Part shown: positions 49,601 through 61,849 of the stretch, piece by piece | How positions within the stretch are numbered: position 1 is the first letter of the stretch | Layout of the letters: each line of letters starts with the position of its first letter | From: Mytilus edulis | Lineage: Eukaryota | Assembly (NCBI RefSeq): GCF_963676685.1 | Contig: NC_092351.1 | Coordinates: 37,944,001 to 38,008,000, forward strand | Direction of reading: 5' to 3' | Length of the DNA stretch: 64,000 nucleotides | Position numbers and translations under genes: made by a program | Notes under the pieces: generated by a model | What the model was told of the DNA's origin: nothing | The model's input: only the letters and a program-made list of their open reading frames with translations | Database searches by the model: none

Positions 49601-52600
49601 TCACGATATATAAAATGACTGCGAACTAAGAAATAGATGATACAGAAGTTTAAAGAGTTAAGACGTCTTCCTTTATACGTTAAAATTCAATTCAGCGTTT
49701 CGACCAAAATGCATTGTTCATATTTATATCACACATCATCATAATCACCATCATCGTCTTTTTATGTTTGGTGGACGTAAATTACAAAACTCAATAGGAC
49801 TGGTATTCGAATATGAACCGTCGGTGATTCTTTTATTTGCGGACTTATTATGGTTTGATACGGCCTTTATTTACAATTCTGTACCAATTTCTCTAGAATA
49901 ATTAAAGGGAGTGATAATTAACTTTAACCTTCACGTTCCAATATACAATGTAGTGAGTGTGTCTATTCATTGAAAACTGCAAAGATTGTCACAATAATGA
50001 TCGCATCTATCCATGTTAATTTAAAATATGGATACTTCACGTTTTAGTTTGCTGTGTTGTGTTTTGATAATTGTTGTTTGTCGTTTCGTTTTATGTTATG
50101 GCATTGTCATTTTTGTCGAGCCTGCAACTTTTGTTGCAGAAAGCTCGACATAGGGATAGTGATCCGGCGGCGGCGGCGGCGGCTACGGCGGCGGCGGCGG
50201 CTACGGCGGCGGCGTTAGCTCACTTCTTAAAAGCTTTATAATTTAGAAGGTAGAAGACCTGGATGGTTCATACTTTATATATAGATGCCTCATGTTACGA
50301 ACTTTCCGTCAGTCACATGTCCAATGTCCTTGACCTCATTTTCATGGTTCAGTGACTACTTAAAAAAAAAGTTAAGATTTTTTGTAATGTTAAAGTCTCT
50401 CTTATTATAAGTAATTGGATAACTATATTTGGTATGTGCGTACCTTGCAAGGTTCTCATGCCCGTCAGACAGTTTTCACTTGACCTCGACCTCATTTCAT
50501 GGATCAGTGAACAAGGTTAAGTTTTGGTGGTTAAGTCCATATCTCAGATACTATAAGCAATAGGTCTAGTATATTTGGTGTATGGAAGGACTGTAAGGTG
50601 TACATGTCCAACTGGCAGGTGTCATCTGACCTTGACCTCATTTTCATGGTTCAGTGGTTATAGTTAAGTTTTTGTGTTTTGGTCTGTTTTTCCTATACTA
50701 AATGCAATAGGTCTACTATATTTGGTGTATGGAATGATTGGAAGGTGTACATGTCCAGCTGACAGGTGTCATCTGACCTTGACCTCATTTTCATGGTTCA
50801 GTGGTCAAAGTTAATTTTTTGAGTTTTGGTCTATTTTTCTAATACTTTATGCATTAGTCAACTAAATTTGGTGTATGGAAATATTTTATGATCAATATGT
50901 CTGTTACGCAGGTTTTATTTGACCTTGACCTCAGTTTCACGGTCCATTGCTAAGTGTTAAGTGTTTGTGTTTTGGTCTGTTTTTTTTTAATTTATAAGCA
51001 ATAAGTCAACTATATTTGTTGTATTGAAGAATTGTAAGCTGTACATGTCTGTCTGGCACGGTTCATCTGACCTGGACCTCATTTTCATGGTTCGTTGATC
51101 AATGTTTGTTTTCTTTGATTAATGTTGAGTTTATGTGGCAGTTGTAATAAAGCTTTTTATTAGGTCTATCAACATAATATCAATGATTAGTAAAGAAGGC
51201 GAGACATTTCAGTGTGTGCACTCTTGTATTTCTTTTATGTTCTTTTTTGGTATCCTTAGCCTCACATTTTTAGTCTGCTTTCATACTTTCACATGCATCT
51301 TACACATTGATAATGGAGATCGCTTATAACCAAACCGTACAACTAAAAAGATAACTTCAGTAAACCAATGGATTTGCAATAAAATATCAGAAAAGTTCGT
51401 GTGTGTCAAATTTCTATTAAGATTGGAGTCTATATCATCTGCCACGTACGGAATACAACCCACAACCGCAGAGTTGACAGGACAGTGATTAAATACTTAC
51501 ACCAACTGGTCCACTGATCTGCGATTGCTTTCTAAACTTTGATACATGATGTTTTATCTTGTCATTTCCACAAAAGTGTCATCACCGACATTCAACGGAT
51601 TTTTTTATTTACCTAATGCAGCTTGGTGTGTGTATCTAGTGGAGCGAGAAATGTTGACTACACCTGATAAATCAGTGTTCAGCTACGGTTAATGGTTGGT
51701 TTCGCAATTTAGAAAATCTTCAGTTTTTCTGTGTAGGTTTTTGTGGACTGCGTACTGAGTCTGATTGCCACATTAGTATCTTAAACTCCTTTCTTCGTTT
51801 CTTACTTGCATATCACATTCTATACATGTATCTTTAAAAATTTTATAAATTATCTTAAATATCTAACTGCATATATGGGTCATGGAAAATAAAGCAAAAT
51901 TAATGTTCAACATCAATTTTATTGTTATAGACTGAGTGACATTATGGGAACAAAGCTACGAGACAACAACCCTGCAATCACAGACCTAAATGATCCGAAT
52001 CGACCAATGAAACTTGGAGATCAGTTTAGTGAATTGTACGAAAACGAATGGACGGATGCATTTTCAGACATAATGGATTGTACAAATCTTAAATTATCAG
52101 AAATAGAGACAATTGATGTGCTTTTGAACATACTTAAGGTGACATTTTTTTATTTTGTTTTGTCAAAACCAAATGTCAAAGACATTTATTTTCTAATTGA
52201 TTAAAAAGTCACTGCAATTGAAGATAAAAGATAACAATATTGTAAATAACAATTTGTAAGAAGAACCTGGCTGAAAAAATAGATTGAAAACATGCATTTG
52301 ATAAATAGTTTTTTTTTTTAACATGAATCTGATTTTTTTTCTAGACATGAATCTGTTTTTTTTGTAGACATGAATCTGGATTTTTCTAGACATGAATCTG
52401 GTTTTTTTTCTCACATACTATAGGTATTGTAACATCGAAGGAGTTATTATATCAAACTGATCGATGTTAAGGTTAGTGTTTAAAAAGGTTATTCATTTTT
52501 ATTGATTTTCATGTCTTAGAACTGGATTCATATTTGTAGATTTTTATTTGAAATAACGTAGCAAGCGCACAAATATTATGATCGAGTGCATTTGAACAAA

Positions 52601-54793
52601 CAACTTTTGTTCCTCTATGATTTATATTCTATCAGAATTAAGTATTCATATTTTTTTCTTTTGTAGGAAATTTATAATATATGTTTGGAGGATATAGAAG
52701 AACAGTTATCAGGGCATAAAAAACTTGTACATGTATGTTATCCGTATTCTTATTTCTTCATCGTATAAAAATTATTTATGATCGTCTGTCAAACAACCAC
52801 AAACTAAGAGGTTTTTATTTGACTATTTGTGTAAATAGTTCAACTTCATCAACATATATTCATCAAGAAATAGATATTGTTGTCAATTGAACTCTTTTTA
52901 ACGTCTTGAGCGTGCACTACTAACTTCCGAATTATGATGAAAACATATATTACAGACATAGAAGAATAGTCCGTAGAGAAACAGAAAGTTCAACGGAGCT
53001 TTAAAACGATCCCAGCTAACGTAAAATATAATTTGAAAAATTGGGTCCGTGAAACACAGAATAAAGCAATATTAATTGCGCTTACTACTTTAGAAATAAG
53101 TAATAACCTGGTGATACATTAACCTTATTATTTGTCAGTGCAAATTTGTGCATCTCGTGTATAGCGTGATTGTCTTCTGTTATTGGTGTTATTGGCTTTA
53201 ACGGCTTAAAATTGTTTTTTAGGGTTTCAGTGATGACGAAATTGAACCATTCTTAAAAACAGCAAAAGAATCAGTGAAAACAAATGCCGCAAATTATATT
53301 CCTCTTCTATCCAGAGTAAGTTGGTCTAAAATAATGCAATGTGTGCACTGAATATTATTCATTGAACAGATAATTCAAAATTATATATAATTCGTTTGCA
53401 TCTGTCATTATTTATGTTTTTTCTTTGCTCGTGTTTAACATAACATGTGTTTACCTTTTCCATATTAAGACAGTCATTTTTCTTGTTGTGGAAAGCCGGG
53501 GAATAATAATAGATCCAAAGAGTTTCGGATGGAGTACAAAAAAGATTGAAAAGCATTGTCAGTTACGATAAGAGCCGAATGCATCTTTTCACTGTCGATA
53601 CCTTACAGTTAACAGACCAACCAGTTAAACCACATGGTTATCGAGGCCACTTCAAATAGTAAAATAATATTATCAATCAAGATTCACTTGCCCGATATTA
53701 AAGAATTACACATATAGGTTATTGTGCTGATCGAAGTGTCGACATAAATACCAATAATGTAGTATCATTTTTATAAATTTCCTTTTTACAAAACTTCGAA
53801 TTTTTCGAAAAACTAAGGATTTTCGTATCCCAGCCATAGATTACCTAAGCCGTATTTGACACAACGTTATGGAATTTTAGATCCTCAATGCTTTTCAACT
53901 TTGTACTTGTTTGGCTTTATGAATATTTTGATATGAGCGTCACTGATGAGTCTTATGTAGACGAATCGTGCGTCTGGCATACTAAATTATAATCCTAGTA
54001 CCTTTGATAACTAATTATAGACGTATGCAAATCTAGATTTAGAGGTTGATAATGACTTCAAGTCAAAGATTTTGTGACTAGAACGACAAGTTTAGTCCTC
54101 TTCAAAGTCTAGAAATGTATCATTACTTTACAGCTTATAGTTTTTTTTATCAGTACTGGTGTTAAAGAATCATGAACAGCTAGGAATACTATATATTACC
54201 TTTTTCAATAAATACAATCAATAAGAAATTCTGTAAAATGTTCATGCAAAGAAAAGCCATTAATTGCATAACTATTGAATGATGATAAGCTTAAATAGAG
54301 TTTACCAGCACATATCTTTCACTTTAGGTATATACGAGGCAAGCTATAGAAGCTCTTGTGGGTTTCTGATTTTTTAAATGAACAAATTTTTTAGAGAGAA
54401 ATAAGAAGATTGATTTGAGTTTAATGTATATTAAAAAAATCTACTCGTTCTCAAGTACTTTTGATCTGTAATTCATTATATTTCTGTCTTACTTTTCAGA
54501 AAATAATTAGCAGTACATCAACCTGTAAAATAGTAGCTAAATATAAAGATTTCAGTTTCAAATATATAGAAAATTGTGTGAAAATTTGTTACTTCGCAGC
54601 AGTTCAAAACCCGCCTATGGTGATAGATTTTGAACCTGGACAAATGTTTGATAAACAATCATATAGAGAATATACCAGATCAGGCACCGTTGTGGAGTAT
54701 TTAGTCTGGCCAGTCTTATATTTACATAAAGGAGGTCCGATTCTATCTAAAGGTGTTGTGCAACCAAAAGAGGAAAATAATAGTAATAAGTAG
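34608..54793 (+). CDS. Coiled-coil protein with a C-terminal MIEAP (mitochondria-eating protein/SPATA18-like) domain; 5' end uncertain
   Basis: Exons 34608-34667, 34839-34907, 36133-36195, 38505-38534, 38729-38791, 39907-39969, 41989-42051, 43081-43143, 43471-43533, 44373-44435, 45031-45093, 45951-46013, 47297-47359, 48333-48395, 49023-49085, 51931-52138, 52667-52732, 53223-53315 and 54500-54793, all GT-AG and in frame. Motifs: LRDNNPAITDLNDPNRPMKLGDQFSELYENEWTDAF and VQNPPM..FDKQSYREYTRSG..YLVWPVLYLHKGGPILSKGVVQ. Confidence 0.85.
37113..38036 (-). mobile_element. Penelope-like retroelement-derived fragment (degenerate RT C-terminal region plus 3' sequence); related pieces at 59850-60285 (+) and 63935-64000
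   Basis: The minus strand at 38036-37730 translates approximately HQGFRYHKLVKSFTKFYHRYEDIIRKYSSTCRLLIRSGISQ. The Penelope-like assignment is from memory of the motif. Confidence 0.55.
40495..41578 (+). mobile_element. 5'-truncated LINE (CR1/L2-like) 3' fragment in an intron; ORF remnant to 41175 plus 3' UTR
   Basis: KLYIELGLETLENRRNKHKLILFYKILNG..RTSSYFSSLIPSTIRLWNSLP..HCQLRNNASNL..CVNCNHPVEDNKHFFFICPKY. AATAAA at ~41561. Confidence 0.85.
44141..44180 (+). ncRNA. Degenerate minimal hammerhead ribozyme (350-bp repeat family)
   Basis: CACCA-CTGAAGA-GACAATAATTGTC-GAAA-TGCGTA-TA, followed by decayed family sequence (AGGGTATCAACCGCCCAGTA). The 3' arm of stem I is mutated. Confidence 0.5.
45148..45190 (+). 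ncRNA. Degenerate minimal hammerhead-like motif (third family)
   Basis: GTGTTT-CTGATGA-AGTTAAACCCA-GAAA-AGCGCT-TC-GGATGC. Palindromic stem III; stem II is poorly paired. Confidence 0.45.
45205..45423. mobile_element. TA-flanked MITE (Tc1/mariner-type signature) with TTCGCG repeats
   Basis: TA|CTGTAAACCAACT...AGTTGGTTTACAG|TA. Confidence 0.8.
50110..51227 (+). mobile_element. HINE/Helentron-type non-autonomous element with (GGC)n and ~145-bp internal tandem repeats
   Basis: Same termini and body as 14894-15836, with one extra internal repeat. Inserted in a T-rich site. Confidence 0.82.
53735..54012 (+). repeat. Partial retrozyme-like unit with a mutated hammerhead (53937-53980)
   Basis: GCGTCA-CTGATGA-GTCTTATGTAGAC-GAAT-CGTGCG-TC-TGGCAT. 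Homologous to 58516-58893. Confidence 0.7.
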
Positions 54794-55349
54794 TAAACTC
54801 TATGCTACAAATTTAATAGTTAAACTATTATTGTGTGCAATGTCATTGATGTCGTTGGTGCCTTTGATCCTTAGAAATAATCTATAATACATATCTGTGA
54901 TTTAATATTAAAAGTATTATTTTTATATTCTTCTGGGAATATGTTTCCACTTTAAAATCTTATTGTACCAAATGAACACATATATTAGTTAAAATATCCA
55001 TACGATGAAAATTTTAAATGTTTAAATCATTGATGATTTTAATGCATTCAAAGGTCACATGCAATAGTTAGTGTAATGTATAATACCTAAACATGTAGTT
55101 TTAATCTATGAAATGTACCTCAGTTTGTAGTTTGACAACGATGATATCAATGGATATTAAATTGCATTTCTCTTTTGTCAATATGTTGTTATTAGATTCC
55201 ATGACAGAGTGTTCTACAATTCAATATATTTTTTTTAACAACAGAAATAAATAGTTATTTCAAATATTGGCTTGTTATAATCCTCCAGGAGTCCAAGCTC
55301 TTCCTGATGTTCCCTGTTACAATCCACTAATCGCTCAGGGCAGTGATAA

Positions 55350-57290
55350 GTTAAAAATACATATTACATTTTGTACATCAAATATATATTAAATAATATC
55401 ACTTAATCACTTAATATGACTACTCATATGTTTTCTAATAGTTGCTAAAACATTACTTTTAATTTTTAAACATACTCTTCTATTGAACTCATTGAGAAAA
55501 ATTGAGAAAACATTGACATTTTTTGTCTTTTGATCAGATATGCAGTAGGCTTTGTAAATTGAAAAACCCACAATTATAAAAAAAAATAATAATAGTGAAA
55601 GTCAAAATATTCTTCTTCAGAAGTTTTATATCCAAAAACTAAGTGTCTTAGTTTTATCTGAAAAGTAATTTTACTGTTCTTTAAAACTTCATTTCTTTTA
55701 TTCCAAAAAAGTTTTAAATACGGACACAGTATAAAGAAGTGATCATAGTCTTCTTCTAGTGTACAAAGATTACAAGAATTATTGTTTACAATTTTCAACC
55801 TGCATAAAAGTTTCTTTGTAGGTAGAATACGTTGTAGTTATTTCCATCTAAAAATTCTATTTACTGTTAAATATCTGAAAAAAAAATGTATATAAATAGT
55901 TTTGATATAACACATCATCTATATCAAATATAAGCAGTCATTTGTTTGGTCCAATAGCTGGTTCAATATTTTTATTTATCAGAGACTTATATAAAAGTTT
56001 ATCTGTTAATGCTTTTAATTTTATTGGTAAACCATCCAATATAAATTGGTTTCTTTTTATATTAACAATACTTTTTATAGAATTTTCCGATTTTTAAATT
56101 GCTGCCCAGTCTTTTTAAAAAGATTTCTTTACTAAATTAATTTTAGCTATCCAGTTTGATTTATTTTTTAGTTTATTTAAAAGGTTGTCTTGAGAAATAC
56201 AGCCTTTTTCATCTATGATATCATTTATGTAAATAAGATCGCTTTTAATCCAATTTAATAAAAAAAACTATAGCTTTATTTTCAAATTTAATAAATTTAT
56301 TGTTCCATAATATTTGTTTTCTTATATCTGTAAATGTTTCTGGTTGTTTTGTTAGACCTCCACCAGTTAATTTCCAACATTTGATAATATCTTTGTAAAA
56401 ATCTGGGATGTTTTCAATGCTTCCGTCTGTCTTATCCCCACTGTTTGTTTGAAACACTAATCAGTTTGACCCAAAATTATAAAAAAAAGTGTTGAGGTAT
56501 AACTGTCCACCCTCCTTCACAATCATTTACTAGTCTTTTTACCCACATAGCTTTCGAAGCAGTGAAATAACTTCTTATATCTATCATATCCAGTCCCCCC
56601 TTTTCATATGGATCAATGATTGAATTTCTTTTTATTTCATCTGGTTTATTATCCAAAACAAGTTTACAACAACGTGTTTCTATTTCTTTTAAATATATCT
56701 CTGGAACTCTGCAAGCAGACCCACAAAAGTAAAAATGGGCACAATTAATGTTTTAATTATCATTTTTTTTCTAAAAATAGTAACCCCTCTGTTTTCTTTC
56801 TGTTTAATTTCAGTCCGGAATAAGAACCAACAATTTCAATTTAATTCATAGCTACTTGAACATCATATTTAGAACAACAAAACATAACGTAGTATCATCT
56901 GCCATAATTCCCACAGATTAAAAAAATAATAACGCAGATAAAGGACACCCTTGACGTATACCTCTTGTGTTTTAAAAGACCTCAGATATCCAACCGTTAT
57001 TCATTACACATGTTTTAATATCGCTATATAAAGTCTTAACCCATCTTATAAAAGATTCATTTAATCCAAAATGTTTTAAAACTGAAAACATAAAATTCCA
57101 TTCTAGAGAGTCAAACACTTTAGAAAAACCAACAAAGACTACAGCCCCCTCAATTATGTATAAGTCAGTGAAATTAATAATATCTTGTATCTGTCTAAAT
57201 TAAAACCAATAAATCTGTTTTTAACATATCCAGTCTGATCTTCTTTAATAAGTTTTGGTAAGATTTTTTTCAATCGTTGTGCTATATTTG
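55350..57290 (-). pseudogene. Degraded L1/Tx1-like LINE ORF2 (RT domain to C-terminal zinc finger)
   Basis: Minus-strand motifs EDQTGYVKNRFIG, DSLEWNFMF, GIRQGCPLSA (~56965), MADDTT (~56905), GGLDMID and CNLCTLEEDYDHFFILC. Many stops and frameshifts. Confidence 0.85.
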
Positions 57291-57480
57291 AAATAAATAT
57301 TTATTTATGTTGTTAAAAAAACACCTAAATAATTCAATATATTACTTGTCGTCCGTTGATGTTTACAAAAATTATGCTACTGTAGAAACAATCTGACATA
57401 ATATTGAAACCCCGAATTATGATAAGAATAATATTTCTTTATTTGAACGAAGTAATAAAATGAACGGTACCAATTTTCTT

Positions 57481-57524
57481 GCACCAAATGCGCATTTCGA
57501 CAATACATGTCTCTTCAGTGATGC
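57481..57524 (-). ncRNA. Minimal type I hammerhead ribozyme (AUU cleavage triplet)
   Basis: Identical to 57831-57874 except for C>U at the cleavage position. Confidence 0.8.
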
Positions 57525-57830
57525 TCGTGGCCCAAATATTTGAAATCCAAAGCTTATATAAAAGATGAAGAGCTATAATCCAAAAGGTCCAAAAAGTATA
57601 GCCAAATCCGTGAAAGGAATCAGAGCTTTGGATCAGGGAGATACATTCCTAAATTTATGATAATTTCTAATATTTTGTAACAGCTATTTTAATTACACCA
57701 AAAAATCCGTATTTTCATGCCAGTACCGAAGTACTGGCTACTGGGCTGGTGATACCCTCGGGGACTAATAGTCCACCAGCAGAGGCATCGACCCAGTGGT
57801 AGTAATGAAATTAACGGTACCAATTTTCTT

Positions 57831-57874
57831 GCACCAGATGCGCATTTCGACAATACATGTCTCTTCAGTGATGC
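57831..57874 (-). ncRNA. Minimal type I hammerhead ribozyme with an intact core
   Basis: GCAUCA-CUGAAGA-GACA(UGUAU)UGUC-GAAA-UGCGCA-UC-UGGUGC: 6-bp stem I, 4-bp stem II, palindromic stem III, AUC cleavage triplet. Confidence 0.85.
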
Positions 57875-57889
57875 TCGTAACATGTAACA

Positions 57890-58011
57890 TGCTCTTCAAC
57901 TTTGTACTTGTTTGGCTTTATACATATTTTGATATGAGCATCACGGATGAGTCTCATGTAGACGAAAAGCGCGTCTGGCGTACTACATTGTAATCCTGGT
58001 ACCTTTGATAA
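57890..58011 (+). repeat. Partial unit of the second retrozyme-like family with a mutated hammerhead (57938-57981)
   Basis: GCATCA-CGGATGA-GTCTCATGTAGAC-GAAA-AGCGCG-TC-TGGCGT. Confidence 0.65.
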
Positions 58012-58515
58012 GTATTAACCGTTGACATAAAGCTATAATATTAATCTATGAGGCCTTAAATATATAAAGAGCCATCAGTAATTATCTTCCATACCTTATA
58101 GTAAAATGAAAAGAACATTTTAAGCAATATATAAGAAGTATAGAAAAAAAACAAATTACATAGAAATACAAAACAACTTCTGATTCATGCAAAGGATATA
58201 TAAAGGGGAAAACTTTTTGTGTGTTGACCATGGTAATTCAAAGCAGCCACAACAAAAAGCTAGGATGAAAGTCCGTTGATGTTTACAAAAATTAAAGAAG
58301 AATTTTATCTGAACACAAAAATTACCAAGGAACGACAATTTGATTGCTAAAATGGGTGTTTTTTACAGGATTAATTGATATCGTCGAAAAACTAAAAGAT
58401 GAGTTTGATTCAGACAAAAAAACATAACCCCCTTGAAGTTTAAGGGTTGCTCCCTAAGATAGATGAGTTCTTTCCTTTTAAAGCACATGTGCAAATTTTA
58501 ATAATTTGTCACGTT

Positions 58516-58893
58516 TTGATAACTTTTTACACCGATGGGTCGATCCCCACTGCTGGTGGACGTTTCGTCCCCGAGGGTATCACCAGCCCAGTAGTCATGT
58601 TCAGCACTTTGGTGTTGACATGAATATCAATTATGTGCATAATGGTCATTTTTATTAATTTCCTGTTTACAAAACTTTCAAGTTTTCAAAAAAATATGGA
58701 TTTTCTTATCCCAGGAATAGATTACCGTAGCCAAATATATTTGGCACAACTTTTAGAAATTTCGGGTCCTTAATGCTCTTCAACTTTGTACTTGTTTGGC
58801 TTTATAACTATTATGATCTGAGCATTACTGATGAGTCTTATGTAGACGAAACGCGCGTCTGGCGTATTAAATTATAATCCTGGTACCTTTGAT
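58516..58893 (+). mobile_element. Retrozyme-like monomer (~375 bp), second family
   Basis: Bounded by TTTGATA. Shares GGGTCGAT..CTGCTGGTGGAC..GTCCCCGAGGGTATCACCAGCCCAGTAG with the 350-bp family and contains a hammerhead. Confidence 0.7.
58822..58865 (+). ncRNA. Minimal type I hammerhead ribozyme with an intact catalytic core
   Basis: GCAUUA-CUGAUGA-GUC(UUAUGUA)GAC-GAAA-CGCGCG-UC-UGGCGU. GUC triplet; stem I weakened. Confidence 0.78.
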
Positions 58894-59849
58894 ACATTGT
58901 AACTATTTGACGTTCCAATTTTGAAATAAACTGGAATAGTTTCTAACGTTTATCATAAAAATAGAAATAGATAAGAAAACATGCTAGCTATAACTGTTAC
59001 AATTTTATTACAAACTAGTTTGGCGTATAATAACAAATAATGTCATATTAACACCATACTATTAGTAAACAACGAGAATCAACAGAGTATTATACTGGTG
59101 TGGTGCCTTCCGCACAGCAGATGCGATAACGAAATTAAGAAACGGGATATAAGCAGATATCGAAAAAAGGAATAACAAAAATATCGAACTCCAAGACAAG
59201 TTCAAAAAGGTTATTTAAAAAAAACCCCTGACAAAATCAAACTCTAATCAATCAAAGAAACAAGTGAAAAACAACTATCGCATTCCTATTGTTGGTTAAA
59301 CCTGGTTTTATAGCTAGCGAAACCCTGTACTTAATTGCACGACAGTTTTTTTCATAGTTCTATTATATTAAGATACTGGACAAACAAACCAACAGACATT
59401 ACACATCTATATGAAATATTATACATATTTATTACCAAAGTAATTTCCTTTTGCATTTCGATACTTTTATTATTGCACAAACCATGTGTTCTTTGACCGT
59501 CCATGACTAGCTTTCAGTAACTGCAAGTACTCTCAAAGCATATTTTCGTGTTAATTTGACTAGCAATGCATTTGTGTTGTTTAATGTTTATTTGAAAGTG
59601 TTATATCTCGTCTCACAATTTTTATATATACCACCTTTGATGTTTAGTGTTTGGTTAAATACATTTTTACTTCTGTTCTCTTACTATGAATAAACAAAAA
59701 ATATTTGTGTCTTATGAGTCGAAAAATGTATTCTTGGGCTGTCCTTGACGTTGAAATACATCTTGGGATGTGTTTTAGTTCATTTAAGTCTTTGATGCAT
59801 TTTATTAATTGTTTTGGGCTTTTAACTACCTTGTAGATTTTGTGTTTTT

Positions 59850-60285
59850 AGCAACGTATCAGATTTTGACGAAAGCAATCTATATGTTGTACTGAAAAAT
59901 TATTACACCAGGGTTTAACAAACTAGTCAAAACTTTCACTTAATTTCATCATCGGTTTGAGGACATCATTCGTAAATATAAATCAACATACAGACATCTT
60001 ATACGTTTAGGTATTTCACATCCAATCTTTTATGGTAATATTTTTTACAAAGCACAAAAATGTCGGCAAAAGGTACTAAACCTTTAAACAGACTTTAAAA
60101 TTAAGAAGGGATATAGCTACATGTACGATACTGTTGTCAGATTATTTAAGATGGCATATTTTGGCTTTAATATTGATTCACTTATAAAGGGAATTTGCAT
60201 CGGAAATAAGCACATTTATTCGATAAATCAGTTGTTGGCATGATACGGGTAATGTTCTTCTCATTTAAGTTTGTTACATCGGACT
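59850..60285 (+). mobile_element. Penelope-like retroelement-derived fragment, inverted relative to 37500-38036
   Basis: KLLHQGF..NKLVKTFT*FHHRFEDIIRKYKSTYRHLIRLGISHPIFYGNIFYKAQK. Confidence 0.55.
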
Positions 60286-61469
60286 CGGACCACTCGGAAT
60301 GGACAACATCTGTCATATTCCTGACTTAATACAGTCATTTTCAAATGTAGAAAATGGTGGCTTGAACCAAAGTGTCATGGTTGTCTTTCTGTATGATATC
60401 AATTAACATCTCACCCCTTATTTTATTCATTGTAAGTGAGAAGGTTGGTGTACCTATTAAAACAAGTTTAAACCCGCTGCAGTTGTTTGCACATGACGGA
60501 AGTCAGGAACCTGATGTTTGGGGGTTGTAGTTTGTTGATGAGGTTTAAGTGTTTCTCATTTCTCGTTTTTTATGTATGGATTAGACCGTTTGTTTTACTG
60601 TTTGAATTGTTTTACACTAGTCATTTTTGGGGGCCCTCTAAAGCTTGCTGTTCGGTGAGAGTAATTCCTCCGTGTGAAGACCGTACGTTGACCTATAATG
60701 GTTTTCCTTTGGCAAATTGTGACTTGGATGGAGAGTTGTCTCACTGGCACTCATACCATGGCCACATCTTCTTATATCTATGAAATATACAAGCACGAAA
60801 AAAAAATTATCAAATGAGTGTGGATCTTGGGAGAGTTTTTTTTTTTATGTCAAATGTTTTGAGTAGTGTATGTCTTTGAAAGTTTTATTTTATGTCTGTA
60901 CTGTTTTCTTTTTGGTATGTACTGCTATTGTCAATTTTCTTTTAGGTAATATGCACGTTTTTTAAACTTTTATTCAGTTGTTAACTTAATTATTAATCAG
61001 AGTGCAAAAGTTTTGTCATACGCTGTATAGCTTAGAGTTTTATTTTCAAAGTTCTCAAATATATGAACATCACTATAGATCACTATATACAAATGTATAT
61101 ATATAGTTTATTAGTAACTGCGGAATCCGATGTGAATTTAAGAATGGATGTAAATTGGGTACCTTCATCATTACAAAATCATAGATCATTCGGAGGCGGT
61201 TCAAACCAATTATTCTTTGGATTCAAAATTAAGTTGGCGGAACTATATCAGGATATATACATGTATCTACAAAATAAACATGGTCATGACTGATTTTTCT
61301 TTCTGGATCATAAAAAACACAGGTGAAATACTCAGTGTAAAATAGGTAAACTGAGTTTACAGACACTCTCATTTACGATCATATCCTTTAAAGCATATTT
61401 TTATATTTCTAAGTTGTCCTTACCATAATTATAAACAAGTCTTCTTTGCGTTACTTATGTCTGTTTTAA

Positions 61470-61849
61470 GGATGTCTGCTTGTCATGTTTTGGAATTTTT
61501 GTCAGATTTTCGAAATCCTCTGGTTTTATCCATTTGAATGCCTTAAAATTTTTTGTCCATGAACCCCCATTTTTCTTTTTATAAATCTTTAACATGTATA
61601 ATTATAAGCCATTTGTAAAAGTCTTATAAAATCTTATTTATTTTTTCATAGTATTTGATGATTTTGACTGGTCAATGATAAAGCTATGAAAAGTCAAGAG
61701 AGAACTTTTCCCCGCCAAATTTCTAATGGCTATTATCTCGAAAACAAACACATTCACCCCTATATTTTTTTATTCCTCAATTAATCCCCTATCAATATAT
61801 ACTAGTTTTATGAAAAGTTATTTATTTTGAAACTGAGCGCCAAACATCC
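61470..61849. mobile_element. TTAA-flanked MITE (Kolobok-like termini)
   Basis: TTAA|GGATGTCTG...CAAACATCC|TTAA. Confidence 0.6.

Larger units (their letters stand above)
57460..57877 (-). mobile_element. Retrozyme-like tandem repeat: one 350-bp unit bounded by two type I hammerhead ribozymes
   Basis: The direct repeat AACGGTACCAATTTTCTTGCACCA(A/G)ATGCGCATTTCGACAATACATGTCTCTTCAGTGATGCTCGT occurs at 57463 and 57813 (period 350). Confidence 0.8.

Noticed and set aside
49190-52410. Short local duplications (49190-49248; TAGACATGAATCTG x4 at 52320-52400; also 42661-42724)
   Set aside because: Ordinary slippage or minisatellite events with no further structure.
57689-57993. ORFs 57689-57883 and 57796-57993
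   Set aside because: They overlap non-coding hammerhead repeats and are chance frames.
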